Positions 23,438 to 31,533 of a stretch of 40,576 bases of DNA are shown piece by piece (the stretch's first letter is position 1; each line of letters opens with the position of its first letter). Source of the stretch: a virus; IMG/VR virus record IMGVR_UViG_3300038545_000012; one strand, written 5' to 3'. The translations under genes were made by a program, and so were the position numbers. The notes below the pieces were generated by a model, which made no database searches, was not told where the DNA came from, and saw only the letters and a program-made list of their open reading frames with translations.

Positions 23438-23824
23438 GTCATCAAACGAGAAATCTGGCTCGCCGTTCTGCTGATAGCTATTTGCAGGCGGATTACTGCG
23501 CTGTTGGGCATTACCTTGGTTGTAATTTCCTTGCTGCTGATTATGTTGCTGGCGATTGCTTTGTTGCTGATTGTTTTGTTGATAGCCGCCCTGCTGATTT
23601 TGGTCAGTGAAAATACTTGCCATTACGTTGTCACGCATAGGCTGACCTGAATTTACCGCCATTACATTCTGTTTAGCTAGCACACCAGAAAGACTAACAG
23701 ACGGGTCAATAAGCATGTATTCGCCGTTTTGATTTTCCAGTATCACACCAATTTTTACATACTCACCTTTGGTTTGACCGTCTTTTTGGTACTCGCCAAC
23801 TTTTGCCACTAATCGTTTTGCCAT
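23432..23824 (-). CDS. SSB-like protein: small N-terminal domain, Gln/Asn-rich linker, acidic tip (PDFSFDDD)
   Basis: The domain layout and C-terminal acidic/aromatic tip mimic bacterial SSB tails. It sits in the recombination module. The N-terminal domain is not a classical SSB sequence. Confidence 0.5.
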   Translation of the reverse strand: MAKRLVAKVGEYQKDGQTKGEYVKIGVILENQNGEYMLIDPSVSLSGVLAKQNVMAVNSGQPMRDNVMASIFTDQNQQGGYQQNNQQQSNRQQHNQQQGNYNQGNAQQRSNPPANSYQQNGEPDFSFDDD

Positions 23825-23893
23825 TTTTATTCCTCGTTAATATTAATTACATCTTCAATTGTCTCGACTAAGCGCCATTCGCCTAGCCATTCA

Positions 23894-24538
23894 TTATACG
23901 TAGCATTTAAAAGTCCATCCCTTGTGTGTCTTTTGCCTGCCAGCCACAAGGTCGTTTAGACAGGTTCTATTTAACCCATTTTCTTCCGCAAATAGCTTTC
24001 TATTTCTTACTATCACCTCTTCACCATCGGGAGATATAAAAATGTGCGGCCTCATATTTTTTCTTTCCCTGTTATTCTCTTTCCTAGTAACAAGCGAGCA
24101 AGTGTCTGGAGAGTAAAGCCTACAGCCCTTAACCTTTATATCCTTATCGAGATGAAGGTCATCCCTACCTCTAGATTCTTTAACGTACCAATCAAGGAAA
24201 TTTTTAAAGTTATGCCATTCGCTAGACACTTCGCAATCTGAATAACCTTCATAGCTGGGATTCGATTGACTAAGGCATCTAGATAGCATCTGCCTCCATA
24301 TATAATAAATCCTTCTTTCTCTATCATTCATTTTGCCTTTATAGCCTTTGAATCCAACGCCAAAAACTTGAGGTTTTAGATAGTCCCTTATAGACCCATT
24401 CTTTACATTTGAAATGCTAGACTTAAACTCAAAGCCAGTATCAATAAATCTGAACTTTGATTTGTCATAACATATGTACTCGACCAGTAAAACTTCGCCA
24501 TTTGGTGTTTTTATAATATCGCCGGACTTCATATCCAT
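23894..24538 (-). CDS. Free-standing homing-endonuclease-like protein (HNH/NUMOD-type architecture)
   Basis: IYYIWRQMLSRC..YEGY..CEVSSEWHNFKNFLDWY and LHLDKD...YSPDTCSLVTRKENNRE follow the common phage HNH-associated pattern. The C-terminal FISPDGEE..FAEENGLNRTCLNDLVAG..KTHKGWTF is NUMOD1-like. The gene is visibly AT-rich. Confidence 0.5.
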   Translation of the reverse strand: MDMKSGDIIKTPNGEVLLVEYICYDKSKFRFIDTGFEFKSSISNVKNGSIRDYLKPQVFGVGFKGYKGKMNDRERRIYYIWRQMLSRCLSQSNPSYEGYSDCEVSSEWHNFKNFLDWYVKESRGRDDLHLDKDIKVKGCRLYSPDTCSLVTRKENNRERKNMRPHIFISPDGEEVIVRNRKLFAEENGLNRTCLNDLVAGRQKTHKGWTFKCYV

Positions 24539-24548
24539 CTCCAGTTAA

Positions 24549-24863
24549 TTATTTACCTTTAGATAGAATACCATCTTTTAATAAATTATCAACAGCAGCA
24601 ACATCCTCCACAGTTTTCACCAAGCAAAACTCACCCTGCCATTCTTTTGAAAACTCTAATTCTCCCTTTGTGAGTTTCTGCTTACTTGGAGGTAAATCTG
24701 GATTTTTTATCTCCACTGCAACGGTGCGGCCTGATTTGCTCACGATTATGTCGCAGCAGTTTTTTAGTTGGCTGACAATTAAAACGTACCAGCCAAGCTT
24801 TCTAAAAGTCTTGACGATTTCGGGCTGATTTTCGTCTATCCTTGCAGCTCTGCGAAATGTCAT
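24549..24863 (-). CDS. PD-(D/E)xK nuclease, VRR-NUC-like
   Basis: CDIIVSKSGRTVAVEIKNP...KLTKGELEF fits the D...E.K core. It is coupled to RecT (ATGA). Confidence 0.55.
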   Translation of the reverse strand: MTFRRAARIDENQPEIVKTFRKLGWYVLIVSQLKNCCDIIVSKSGRTVAVEIKNPDLPPSKQKLTKGELEFSKEWQGEFCLVKTVEDVAAVDNLLKDGILSKGK

Positions 24864-25846
24864 TTCACCCCCATCACATGATAGATAATTTTAATCTCGC
24901 GCTCGGTAAGCTCATCCTTTGCCTCTTCAATGGCTGATTCATCATCACCCTCAAAAATAGCAACGTAGTCGAACACCATGCCTTGTCCTTCTTCAAACTT
25001 TTTCTTGTACTCGACTTTCTTGCCATCTGGGAATTGCCTATAAAGCCACAGGTAGAATTCTTCGTCCTGTCTGCGGTATCGCTCTAGGAAATACCATAGC
25101 TCTACTGGTGAGCCGTTTGCAGCAATCTGATGAAGCTTTTTGACAGCTTGCGCCTTTTCATCGTCGTTATTTTCTATGCCTTCATGCTGATTAAGAACTT
25201 CGACAGCCTCACGGAATCTGTCGGAAGCTTTAGGCCAATACTTTGAGGCGCGCTTAACAACTGTCTTGCGCCACATCTCATCCTCAAACGTAACCCAAGG
25301 GCTGTATTGTGAGTTTTTAGCTTTAGATGTGTTGCGCACCTCATCGACTTGTTGAGCGCTCATCTCTTCTGTTAGAAAATCACCGCTAGGCAATTTAACT
25401 GTACAGAATACACCAACCTTTGCTCCTCTATCACCAAAGGCATTGTATTTATGCAAAGGCTCTTTGTTTAAACCCTGATTTTCATAGGTGTCATTTTCGT
25501 AAACAATCTTAGCCTGACCCCATTCAATAGAGCCTGATTGCTGCGCTAGGTGCATTAATCCCATATAGGATATGTCAAGGCAAATAGCACCATCACGCGG
25601 CACTAGATAAGCGTGTTTAAGCGCAGGGTTAAGGCTAATACCAATCGATGACAGGTTTAATATTGCATTCTGTACGCTGACAGGGTTTTTCTGCGCCGTG
25701 CTACACGCCATTGAGTTTTTGTATAACTGCTGGATAGCATAATTCTTTTCAGCCTCGACAGACACGCCAGTCATTTTAGCTAATTCCATAGCTGGCTTAA
25801 CTACTGCGCAGACCGTTTCTTCGATAACTGCTACTTGGTTACTCAT
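24860..25846 (-). CDS. recT: RecT-family single-strand annealing recombinase
   Basis: NLSSIGISLNPALKHAYLVPRDG...ISYMGLMHLAQQSGSI is the typical RecT core. It is the first gene of the leftward operon. Confidence 0.8.
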   Translation of the reverse strand: MSNQVAVIEETVCAVVKPAMELAKMTGVSVEAEKNYAIQQLYKNSMACSTAQKNPVSVQNAILNLSSIGISLNPALKHAYLVPRDGAICLDISYMGLMHLAQQSGSIEWGQAKIVYENDTYENQGLNKEPLHKYNAFGDRGAKVGVFCTVKLPSGDFLTEEMSAQQVDEVRNTSKAKNSQYSPWVTFEDEMWRKTVVKRASKYWPKASDRFREAVEVLNQHEGIENNDDEKAQAVKKLHQIAANGSPVELWYFLERYRRQDEEFYLWLYRQFPDGKKVEYKKKFEEGQGMVFDYVAIFEGDDESAIEEAKDELTEREIKIIYHVMGVK

Positions 25847-25896
25847 CTTTCAATCTCCTCTAATCGGTACGCAAAAGATACGTGATTTTTTATCGC

Positions 25897-25918
25897 TTAA
25901 CAACTCCGACCACTTAAC
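25897..25918 (+). repeat. Copy (c) of the conserved element (TTAACAACTCCGACCACTTAAC) in the divergent control region
   Basis: Read directly. It differs from copy d at 3 of the 21 aligned positions (TTAAC[A/T]ACTCCGACCA[C/G]TTAA[C/T]). Confidence 0.7.
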
Positions 25919-25920
25919 CA

Positions 25921-25948
25921 TTGCGTTATTTAGTTTACTATTTATAAT
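25921..25948 (+). promoter_or_regulatory. Candidate rightward early promoter TTGCGT-N16-TATAAT
   Basis: Hexamers read directly, about 40 nt upstream of the Cro-like gene. Confidence 0.5.
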
Positions 25949-25970
25949 GATTGATACCTAGTATAAACAA
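25942..25970 (-). promoter_or_regulatory. Candidate leftward early promoter TTGTTT-N17-TTATAA, sharing its -10 region with the rightward promoter
   Basis: Reverse-complement reading. The -10 overlaps the plus-strand TATAAT. Confidence 0.4.
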
Positions 25971-25989
25971 ACTTAAATGGTAAACAAGT

Positions 25990-26181
25990 ATGAATCTCAA
26001 AAAATCAGTAAAAGTAATGTGCGCCATGCACGAAAAGCAACAAAAAGACCTAGCTGCATACCTAAAGATAACCAGCGCATATCTTTCAAAATTGCTAGGT
26101 GAAAACAATCCGCGATTGCTGTCTAAAATGGCAATGTATTTTAATGTATCAGTTAGCGAATTTGTAAAGGCAGGCGAATAA
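25990..26181 (+). CDS. Cro/XRE-type HTH regulator (63 aa)
   Basis: QKDLAAYLKITSAYLSKLLGENNP is an HTH_3 pattern. It is the first rightward gene. Confidence 0.6.
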   Translation: MNLKKSVKVMCAMHEKQQKDLAAYLKITSAYLSKLLGENNPRLLSKMAMYFNVSVSEFVKAGE

Positions 26182-26660
26182 TGAAGCTAACCCACATACT
26201 GCCAAAAGATAAACCAGGTGACTGGAAGTTAATTGTATCTCACCACCTGCAAACAGCGTTTAAGTGGGATAAAGATTTACAACTAACTATCGAGCCTGTT
26301 AAGCAATCTGGTAATTGGTCAATGTCAAAGCTTTGGCGTAGCTGGATGAATTCAACAGCTGAGTTTATGGCAAACAATGGCGTCACTATGCCTCTAATGA
26401 TTAAGCCTAGTGGCGAACACTACGGAAAGCGTCCGTTTAACGCTGATGATGCGCACGAGCTATTCACCGCGCAATGGCTAGGCTGTGACGCGCAGGGCAA
26501 CAGGCTTTCATGGGCTAAGTCAGGCGAAAACATAGCCGACAAAGGCCAACGGTTTAACGCTATGCAAAAACATGAGCAGTACATGATAGAGCGCGGAATT
26601 AAACACATGATGCCGCGAGAGAGTGAATATTTTATAGAGAGGGAGAAAGCTAGTGATTAA
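26181..26660 (+). CDS. NinB/Orf-like recombination mediator
   Basis: LTIEPVKQSGNWSMSKLWRSWMNSTAEFM parallels lambda NinB VTIQERNRSLDQNRKLWACLGDVSRQV as I recall it. Confidence 0.5.
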   Translation: MKLTHILPKDKPGDWKLIVSHHLQTAFKWDKDLQLTIEPVKQSGNWSMSKLWRSWMNSTAEFMANNGVTMPLMIKPSGEHYGKRPFNADDAHELFTAQWLGCDAQGNRLSWAKSGENIADKGQRFNAMQKHEQYMIERGIKHMMPRESEYFIEREKASD

Positions 26661-26931
26661 ATCAAAGAAAATACGTGATAGCGCTAGAAACGAATCATGC
26701 AGCCTGCGCGTACACCCTCAATGCCAAGACGGTGAAACGGTTGTATTTTGCCACCTGCAAAGCAACTATCGCGGCATGGGGTTTAAATCTCCAGACCTAT
26801 TCGGCGTGTATGGCTGCGCTTGGTGTCACTCATGGCTAGACAGTGGCAAGGTTGATATGCATGACCAGATGCGAGCGCTACAAGAAACGCAAATGAAGCT
26901 TTACGAAAAAGAACTTATACAGGTGAAATGA
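26653..26931 (+). CDS. YbcO-like (DUF1364) protein
   Basis: ARNESCSLRVHPQC..ETVVFCHL...KSPDLFGVYGCAWCHSWLD parallels the YbcO Cys pattern. Confidence 0.65.
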   Translation: MIKSKKIRDSARNESCSLRVHPQCQDGETVVFCHLQSNYRGMGFKSPDLFGVYGCAWCHSWLDSGKVDMHDQMRALQETQMKLYEKELIQVK

Positions 26932-27281
26932 TGAAAAGAGTTTACAGCGACCCAGTATTCCAAAGCGATTTAGCGGCAGTTATACATGGTAATGATTCAG
27001 AGCATGAAACAATGAAAACATGCCCATGCTGCGGCACAACTACATCAGCAGGAGAGAAAGCGCAAGCAATGTATTATTCCATGCTTGACGACCTTTATAT
27101 GCTTCTTATTAATGATAATGAGTTTAGAAGAAGCAAAGCGGCAACAAAGTTAATAACTAGACTTAATGAAATGATTAACACAACGGTATCAAAAGGACTT
27201 GACAGCTCAATTGACCATGGAACCGCAAAGACAAAGAGAATAAACATAATGATTAAGAATCTCTTGGAGGTGAGAAAGTGA
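26928..27281 (+). CDS. Hypothetical protein (117 aa) with a CPCCG motif
   Basis: ORF in the track. Confidence 0.5.
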   Translation: MMKRVYSDPVFQSDLAAVIHGNDSEHETMKTCPCCGTTTSAGEKAQAMYYSMLDDLYMLLINDNEFRRSKAATKLITRLNEMINTTVSKGLDSSIDHGTAKTKRINIMIKNLLEVRK

Positions 27282-27460
27282 AAGAACACCGATTCAAATG
27301 CGACTCACGTGCACCACGCGCACAGCTAGCACTAGACGAACACTTACACGCCAATCCTAAAGGCATGCCGTTATACAGCGGCAAATCACGCAATAAGGTT
27401 TATGGTGGTTATGTGATACATGAGACTAAGACTGCGGTTATAGTTGAATTATTAGGCTAG
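27278..27460 (+). CDS. Hypothetical protein (60 aa, GTG start)
   Basis: ORF in the track. GTGA overlap with the upstream gene. Confidence 0.45.
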   Translation: MKEHRFKCDSRAPRAQLALDEHLHANPKGMPLYSGKSRNKVYGGYVIHETKTAVIVELLG

Positions 27461-27471
27461 TGTAGTAAAAT
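27444..27471 (+). promoter_or_regulatory. Candidate promoter TTGAAT-N16-TAAAAT preceding a roughly 135-nt leader
   Basis: Hexamers read directly. It is followed by a 153-nt ORF-free gap upstream of the replication genes. Confidence 0.45.
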
Positions 27472-27613
27472 ATTGTTATTCGCGTAGGTGTGGAAGCCGA
27501 AACGATACACAGTAACAAGCAATGTTATCAATGGGGGAAATGGGAGCGGTTAGCTTGTTGACCGTCCTTCCACTCTTCCCAAAGTACCCCGCCATAACAT
27601 TTGGAATTTCACA

Positions 27614-27799
27614 ATGAAAAACTCAGAATTAAAAGATTTAATCAATTCATTAGAAAGCGATATAAGAAATCAGAAATTTCTTAACGCCCTAGCCACTATC
27701 GAATCAATTAGACAGTCTCATGATATACCATCTGAGCTTGATGATTTAACAAGAAATCAGACGAGCCTTAAATTACTTAGATTAGAGGTTGGGGTTTAA
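27614..27799 (+). CDS. Hypothetical protein (61 aa)
   Basis: ORF in the track. Confidence 0.5.
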   Translation: MKNSELKDLINSLESDIRNQKFLNALATIESIRQSHDIPSELDDLTRNQTSLKLLRLEVGV

Positions 27800-27800
27800 T

Positions 27801-28466
27801 ATGCGCTGGCTAAAACATGACACGGATGCAAACCAAGACGCAAAACTCCAAAACGTTTTACTTGATTATGGGCTTGAGGGATACGGCCTTTACTGGTACT
27901 GCCTAGAGTTGATAGCTGGAAAGGTCGATAAGGATAATATTACCTTCGAGCTTGAGCATGATGCCAGAATTATAGCAAGAAACACAGGCTGCACACCTCA
28001 GAAGGTTGAAGAAATGATGAGGTATTTTGTTGAGCTTGGTTTGTTTGAAAGTAGCGAGGGAGTTATCACATGCCTAAAGCTTGCTCGTAGGCTTGATAGC
28101 TCTATGACAAGCAATACGGACATGAGAAACATCATACAAAAGCTAAAAAATCCTGATGGAGTCATGACTAAATCAGATAAAGTCATGCAAGATAAGAAGA
28201 GAATAGAAGAGAAGAGAATAGATAAAAAGACTAGTCGTTTCACTCCTCCAAGTTTTAAAGAAGTCTCTGATTATTGCATAGAGCGCAATAACAGGGTTAA
28301 TCCTCAAGCGTTTTTAGACCACTACGAGTCAAACGGGTGGATGCGCGGCAAAACAAAGATTAAAGACTGGAAAGCCTGCGTAAGAACATGGGAGCAAAAC
28401 AACAAAGATAGGCAACCAAGCGCAGCGCCAAAACAAAACGGATTTGATACGGGATTTGAACAATGA
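27801..28466 (+). CDS. Replication initiation/replisome-organiser protein (DUF4373-like N-terminus, DnaD-like phage C-terminal motif)
   Basis: MRWLKHDTDANQDAKLQ..GLEGYGLYWYCLELIA at the N-terminus and FLDHYESNGWMRGKTKIKDWKACVRTWEQ at the C-terminus. It lies directly upstream of DnaB. Confidence 0.6.
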   Translation: MRWLKHDTDANQDAKLQNVLLDYGLEGYGLYWYCLELIAGKVDKDNITFELEHDARIIARNTGCTPQKVEEMMRYFVELGLFESSEGVITCLKLARRLDSSMTSNTDMRNIIQKLKNPDGVMTKSDKVMQDKKRIEEKRIDKKTSRFTPPSFKEVSDYCIERNNRVNPQAFLDHYESNGWMRGKTKIKDWKACVRTWEQNNKDRQPSAAPKQNGFDTGFEQ

Positions 28467-29761
28467 ATAAAAGTGATATTGAAAGAATACAGCGTAACAC
28501 GGTAAACGCTGAGCAAAGTCTTATAGGTTCGGTATTGGTCGATAACGGGCTAATGAATGAAATCAAGGTAACGTCTGATAATTTCTTTCTGTCTGAGTGC
28601 GCCATGATATTTCAAGCAATGGAAGCGCTACACGCTGAAAGAAAGCCTTTTGACTTGGTAACGCTATCGGACTGGTTATCGGCTAAGCGAGGCGTTGATT
28701 ACTTCACGCAATTAGCCGAATACGCACATGCGACACCTAGTGCGGCAAACGGCAAAACATACGCTGAGAAAGTAAAAGAGTATTGGCGTTCACGAGAGGC
28801 TTGCAGAATAGCTGCGGAATTGTCAGAGATTAGGAAATCAAATGACCAAGATATGATTGATAAAGCCATTAGTCAGCTAATGAGCCTTAACGTATCTACC
28901 AAAAACTACAATCATTCAGCAGCTGAGGTTATCGATTCAGCGTTAGCGAAAGTGCAAGAGGCGTGTATGTCTGAAACGGGGTGTACTGGTTTAAGAACGG
29001 GCATCAATGAATTTGACGAGGTGACGGGGGGCTTAAACCGCACTGATTTAATTATCGTTGGTGCACGTCCGGCTATGGGTAAAACCGCTTTCATGCTTAA
29101 CATTGCCACAAGGCATCCCGATATCCGTGCAGGGATATGTTCCGGTGAGCAGGGCCATGAGCAAATGGGTATGCGCATGCTGTCAATTCACGGCTCAATT
29201 AACGGCGCTAGAATGCGTAACGGCGAATTGGGTGATGAGGAATTGACAAAGCTAACAGGCGCAAGCGCTAAGTTATATCACGGTGATTTTTGGGTGGATG
29301 ATACGCCTAACATGTGTATTACGGATATAGAGCGCAGAGCAAGGCAATGGGTTCACGAGAATGGCGTTAATGCGATATTTGTTGATTACTTGCAAAAGAT
29401 TAAGCATCCCGAAAAGAATCTGAATAAGATAGACCAGATAGCTGACATTGCTATTAGGCTTAAATCATTAGGCAAGGAGTTAAACATTCCAGTTGTGGCA
29501 TTAGCTCAAGTCAACAGGGCGGTTGAGTCACGACCAGATAAGCGACCATCAGCGGCAGATATAAAAGATTGTGGCGTGATAGAGCAAGAGGCTGATTCAA
29601 TAATCACGCTTTACAGGGATGAGGTTTACAACGAGGGTACACCAGACCACGGTATTGCTGAGTTGATATTCTGCAAGAACAGGCATGGGCCAACAGGAAC
29701 TAAGCGCGTTAATTGGATTGGTAAGTATATGCAGTTCAATGACTTTAAATATGGTAAATAA
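28463..29761 (+). CDS. dnaB: Replicative DNA helicase DnaB
   Basis: Walker A GARPAMGKT, VDYLQKI and ALAQVNRAVESRPDKRPSAADIKDCGVIEQEADSIITLYRDEVYN. Confidence 0.9.
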   Translation: MNKSDIERIQRNTVNAEQSLIGSVLVDNGLMNEIKVTSDNFFLSECAMIFQAMEALHAERKPFDLVTLSDWLSAKRGVDYFTQLAEYAHATPSAANGKTYAEKVKEYWRSREACRIAAELSEIRKSNDQDMIDKAISQLMSLNVSTKNYNHSAAEVIDSALAKVQEACMSETGCTGLRTGINEFDEVTGGLNRTDLIIVGARPAMGKTAFMLNIATRHPDIRAGICSGEQGHEQMGMRMLSIHGSINGARMRNGELGDEELTKLTGASAKLYHGDFWVDDTPNMCITDIERRARQWVHENGVNAIFVDYLQKIKHPEKNLNKIDQIADIAIRLKSLGKELNIPVVALAQVNRAVESRPDKRPSAADIKDCGVIEQEADSIITLYRDEVYNEGTPDHGIAELIFCKNRHGPTGTKRVNWIGKYMQFNDFKYGK

Positions 29762-29839
29762 ATCAAATAGTTGCTTTACTTTGTATGCAAAATATGCTTA
29801 CCCATTAAAGAAATTTATGGTTACGATAAGAAATTTTGA

Positions 29840-29860
29840 TTAACTACTCCGACCAGTTAA
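29840..29860 (+). repeat. Copy (d) of the conserved element (TTAACTACTCCGACCAGTTAA)
   Basis: Read directly. Its ends are a perfect TTAAC...GTTAA inverted pair. It lies 17 nt upstream of a TTGACA hexamer. Confidence 0.75.
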
Positions 29861-29877
29861 TAAAACACATAAAAGTG

Positions 29878-29906
29878 TTGACAACAAAGCGTGAAGTGCT
29901 ATTCTA
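29878..29906 (+). promoter_or_regulatory. Candidate promoter TTGACA-N16/17-TATTCT/ATTCTA
   Basis: A perfect -35 with a moderate -10, about 50 nt upstream of the 29953 ORF. Confidence 0.5.
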
Positions 29907-29952
29907 TACACATACCAACGAGGCAACGAACAAAAACACCGGAGATTGAGAA

Positions 29953-30093
29953 ATGAACATGGATACACTAGCTAAGCAGTCACTTGAATCGGCAATGAAA
30001 ATTACTGGCACTGATGGTAAAGACGCGCATACGCAAGAAATTGCTTTTAAGCTTGCATGTGCAGCAATGGCGCAGGAGGTAGCGAGCCGCTAA
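29953..30093 (+). CDS. Hypothetical 46-aa protein (hand-translated)
   Basis: Preceded by GGAGATTGAGAA. Confidence 0.5.
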   Translation: MNMDTLAKQSLESAMKITGTDGKDAHTQEIAFKLACAAMAQEVASR

Positions 30094-30109
30094 GGTTCGC
30101 TTTTGTCTT

Positions 30110-30391
30110 ATGGAAGATTACAAACAAGCAGCGCTAAGCCTATTCCCGAATAAATGGGTTGAGGTTAGCGATGATTTCAAAATCGACAACAATGCAGGCA
30201 AAAAGGAGGTAGCTGAGGAAGTGTTCAAAGCTGTTTTCGATAAACTAAAAACTGAGCATGTAGCCGATTCTGTGGCTAAAGCTTTTCTTCGTAGAGCCTC
30301 TAAATGGGGCACTGATAACAACGGTATTAACGCGGCTAATATGTCAACTGCGTTGATGGCTGCAATCATAGCGATAGGGGATGACGAATAA
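30110..30391 (+). CDS. Hypothetical protein (93 aa)
   Basis: ORF in the track. No clear RBS. Confidence 0.45.
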   Translation: MEDYKQAALSLFPNKWVEVSDDFKIDNNAGKKEVAEEVFKAVFDKLKTEHVADSVAKAFLRRASKWGTDNNGINAANMSTALMAAIIAIGDDE

Positions 30392-30561
30392 TGACCCCCC
30401 TAAAAACCCTGCTAACCGAATACCCTAGCCAACTATCATTCGCCAGGGCTTACGATATTCACCCGTACCAGCTTAGACGGTGGCTAGATAACGACGCGCA
30501 TGTGGATGGTGAGGGCAATGTCTACATACGAACTAAGGGCAAGCTGGTTAAGTCTGATTAA
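30391..30561 (+). CDS. 56-aa putative HTH protein (hand-translated)
   Basis: SQLSFARAYDIHPYQLRRWL is HTH-like. TAATG overlap with the upstream gene. Confidence 0.4.
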   Translation: MTPLKTLLTEYPSQLSFARAYDIHPYQLRRWLDNDAHVDGEGNVYIRTKGKLVKSD

Positions 30562-30584
30562 CCAACAAACAAGAGGAGATTGAG

Positions 30585-30749
30585 ATGTTTAAGACCCACT
30601 GCAAGCATGGTTTTCATTTTTCGATAATGTGCTTTGAATGCGAGAAATCGCTAAAAATGCGCCCTATTAAAAAGCAAGCCAGCGAAAACGAAAAGCTAGA
30701 AGCTGCGAAAAGAAGAATTTATGAAGCCGCTAAGAGGTTGGACTGGTAA
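30585..30749 (+). CDS. 54-aa Cys/His-containing protein (hand-translated)
   Basis: HCKHGFHFSIMCFEC. Preceded by GAGGAGATTGAG. TAATG overlap downstream. Confidence 0.5.
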   Translation: MFKTHCKHGFHFSIMCFECEKSLKMRPIKKQASENEKLEAAKRRIYEAAKRLDW

Positions 30750-30934
30750 TGGCTGAAGAAATCAAAGCAACAGCCGCAACATGGGAAGACATTAAGCGGT
30801 TGAGTGAGGAGAATGAGAGGTTGAAATCTGAAATTGCCATCGCAAAGTGCTTACTGTCCAATGAGTGGCCTGCGCATTATAGAGATATGAATTTAGTGAT
30901 TAGTGAATTACTGGAGAGCAAAACAAATGATTGA
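30749..30934 (+). CDS. Hypothetical protein (61 aa)
   Basis: ORF in the track. Confidence 0.5.
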   Translation: MAEEIKATAATWEDIKRLSEENERLKSEIAIAKCLLSNEWPAHYRDMNLVISELLESKTND

Positions 30935-31469
30935 TTGGAATAGACACAAAAGTGCGGCTTATGCGGCTATCACATTTTTTGATGAGGCTGGTAAATCAGT
31001 TGGTTTTAAAAGACTTGACCGCCCAACACAACCAAAAACCGTTGCGGATGCGGTGGAGGCGTATCCTAACGGATGGCCTAAACACATGGATGATGAACTA
31101 TGGTTTAGCGAGACTGAAAACAGTTACATGAGAAGAATAGAGGTTCTTCCTAAACATAAAGCGTATTTCGTTTGTGATTATTTGCAATTCGAAGCTTATG
31201 TGAAAGAGCAAGAGGGCGAGAAGTGGACGCATGTTTATAACGAGCACGAAGTTTGCAGAGTTCTAACAGAAGACCCTGACAGATTCGGAATTATTGTTAT
31301 AGATACCGCCAGCAACGGATACATAGTTTGTGAGCCTAATGAGATAAAACCCATCAAGCCGACTCTGACAAAAGCACAGGCGTGGGATATGCTCAAGCAA
31401 ACACCTGATAATATAAGAAGCCTAGATGATGCACTTATCGAAATAACAGATAAATACGACATAATCTAA
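30927..31469 (+). CDS. Hypothetical protein (about 180 aa)
   Basis: ORF in the track (open from 30903). ATG 30927 minimises the overlap. Confidence 0.55.
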   Translation: MIDWNRHKSAAYAAITFFDEAGKSVGFKRLDRPTQPKTVADAVEAYPNGWPKHMDDELWFSETENSYMRRIEVLPKHKAYFVCDYLQFEAYVKEQEGEKWTHVYNEHEVCRVLTEDPDRFGIIVIDTASNGYIVCEPNEIKPIKPTLTKAQAWDMLKQTPDNIRSLDDALIEITDKYDII

Positions 31470-31487
31470 CTGGTCTAATCTGTTAAG
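31465..31487 (-). repeat. Copy (e) of the conserved element (reverse orientation)
   Basis: TCTAACTGGTCTAATCTGTTAAG. 31465..31484 is the exact reverse complement of 22628..22647. Confidence 0.8.
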
Positions 31488-31520
31488 CGCATCATCGGTG
31501 TTAAGGTGCGCTTAGTTTTT
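31485..31520 (+). terminator. Hairpin AAGCGCA-15 nt-TGCGCTT followed by AGTTTTT
   Basis: Read directly. The next RBS follows immediately. Confidence 0.55.
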
Positions 31521-31533
31521 AAGGAGATTGAAA

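Noticed and set aside
27488-27573. Nested helices as evidence for a structured ncRNA or riboswitch
   Set aside because: A back-of-envelope estimate gives about 0.7 chance 7-bp complementary pairs in a 150-nt region. I kept it only as a low-interest note tied to the gap and promoter, not as an RNA gene call.
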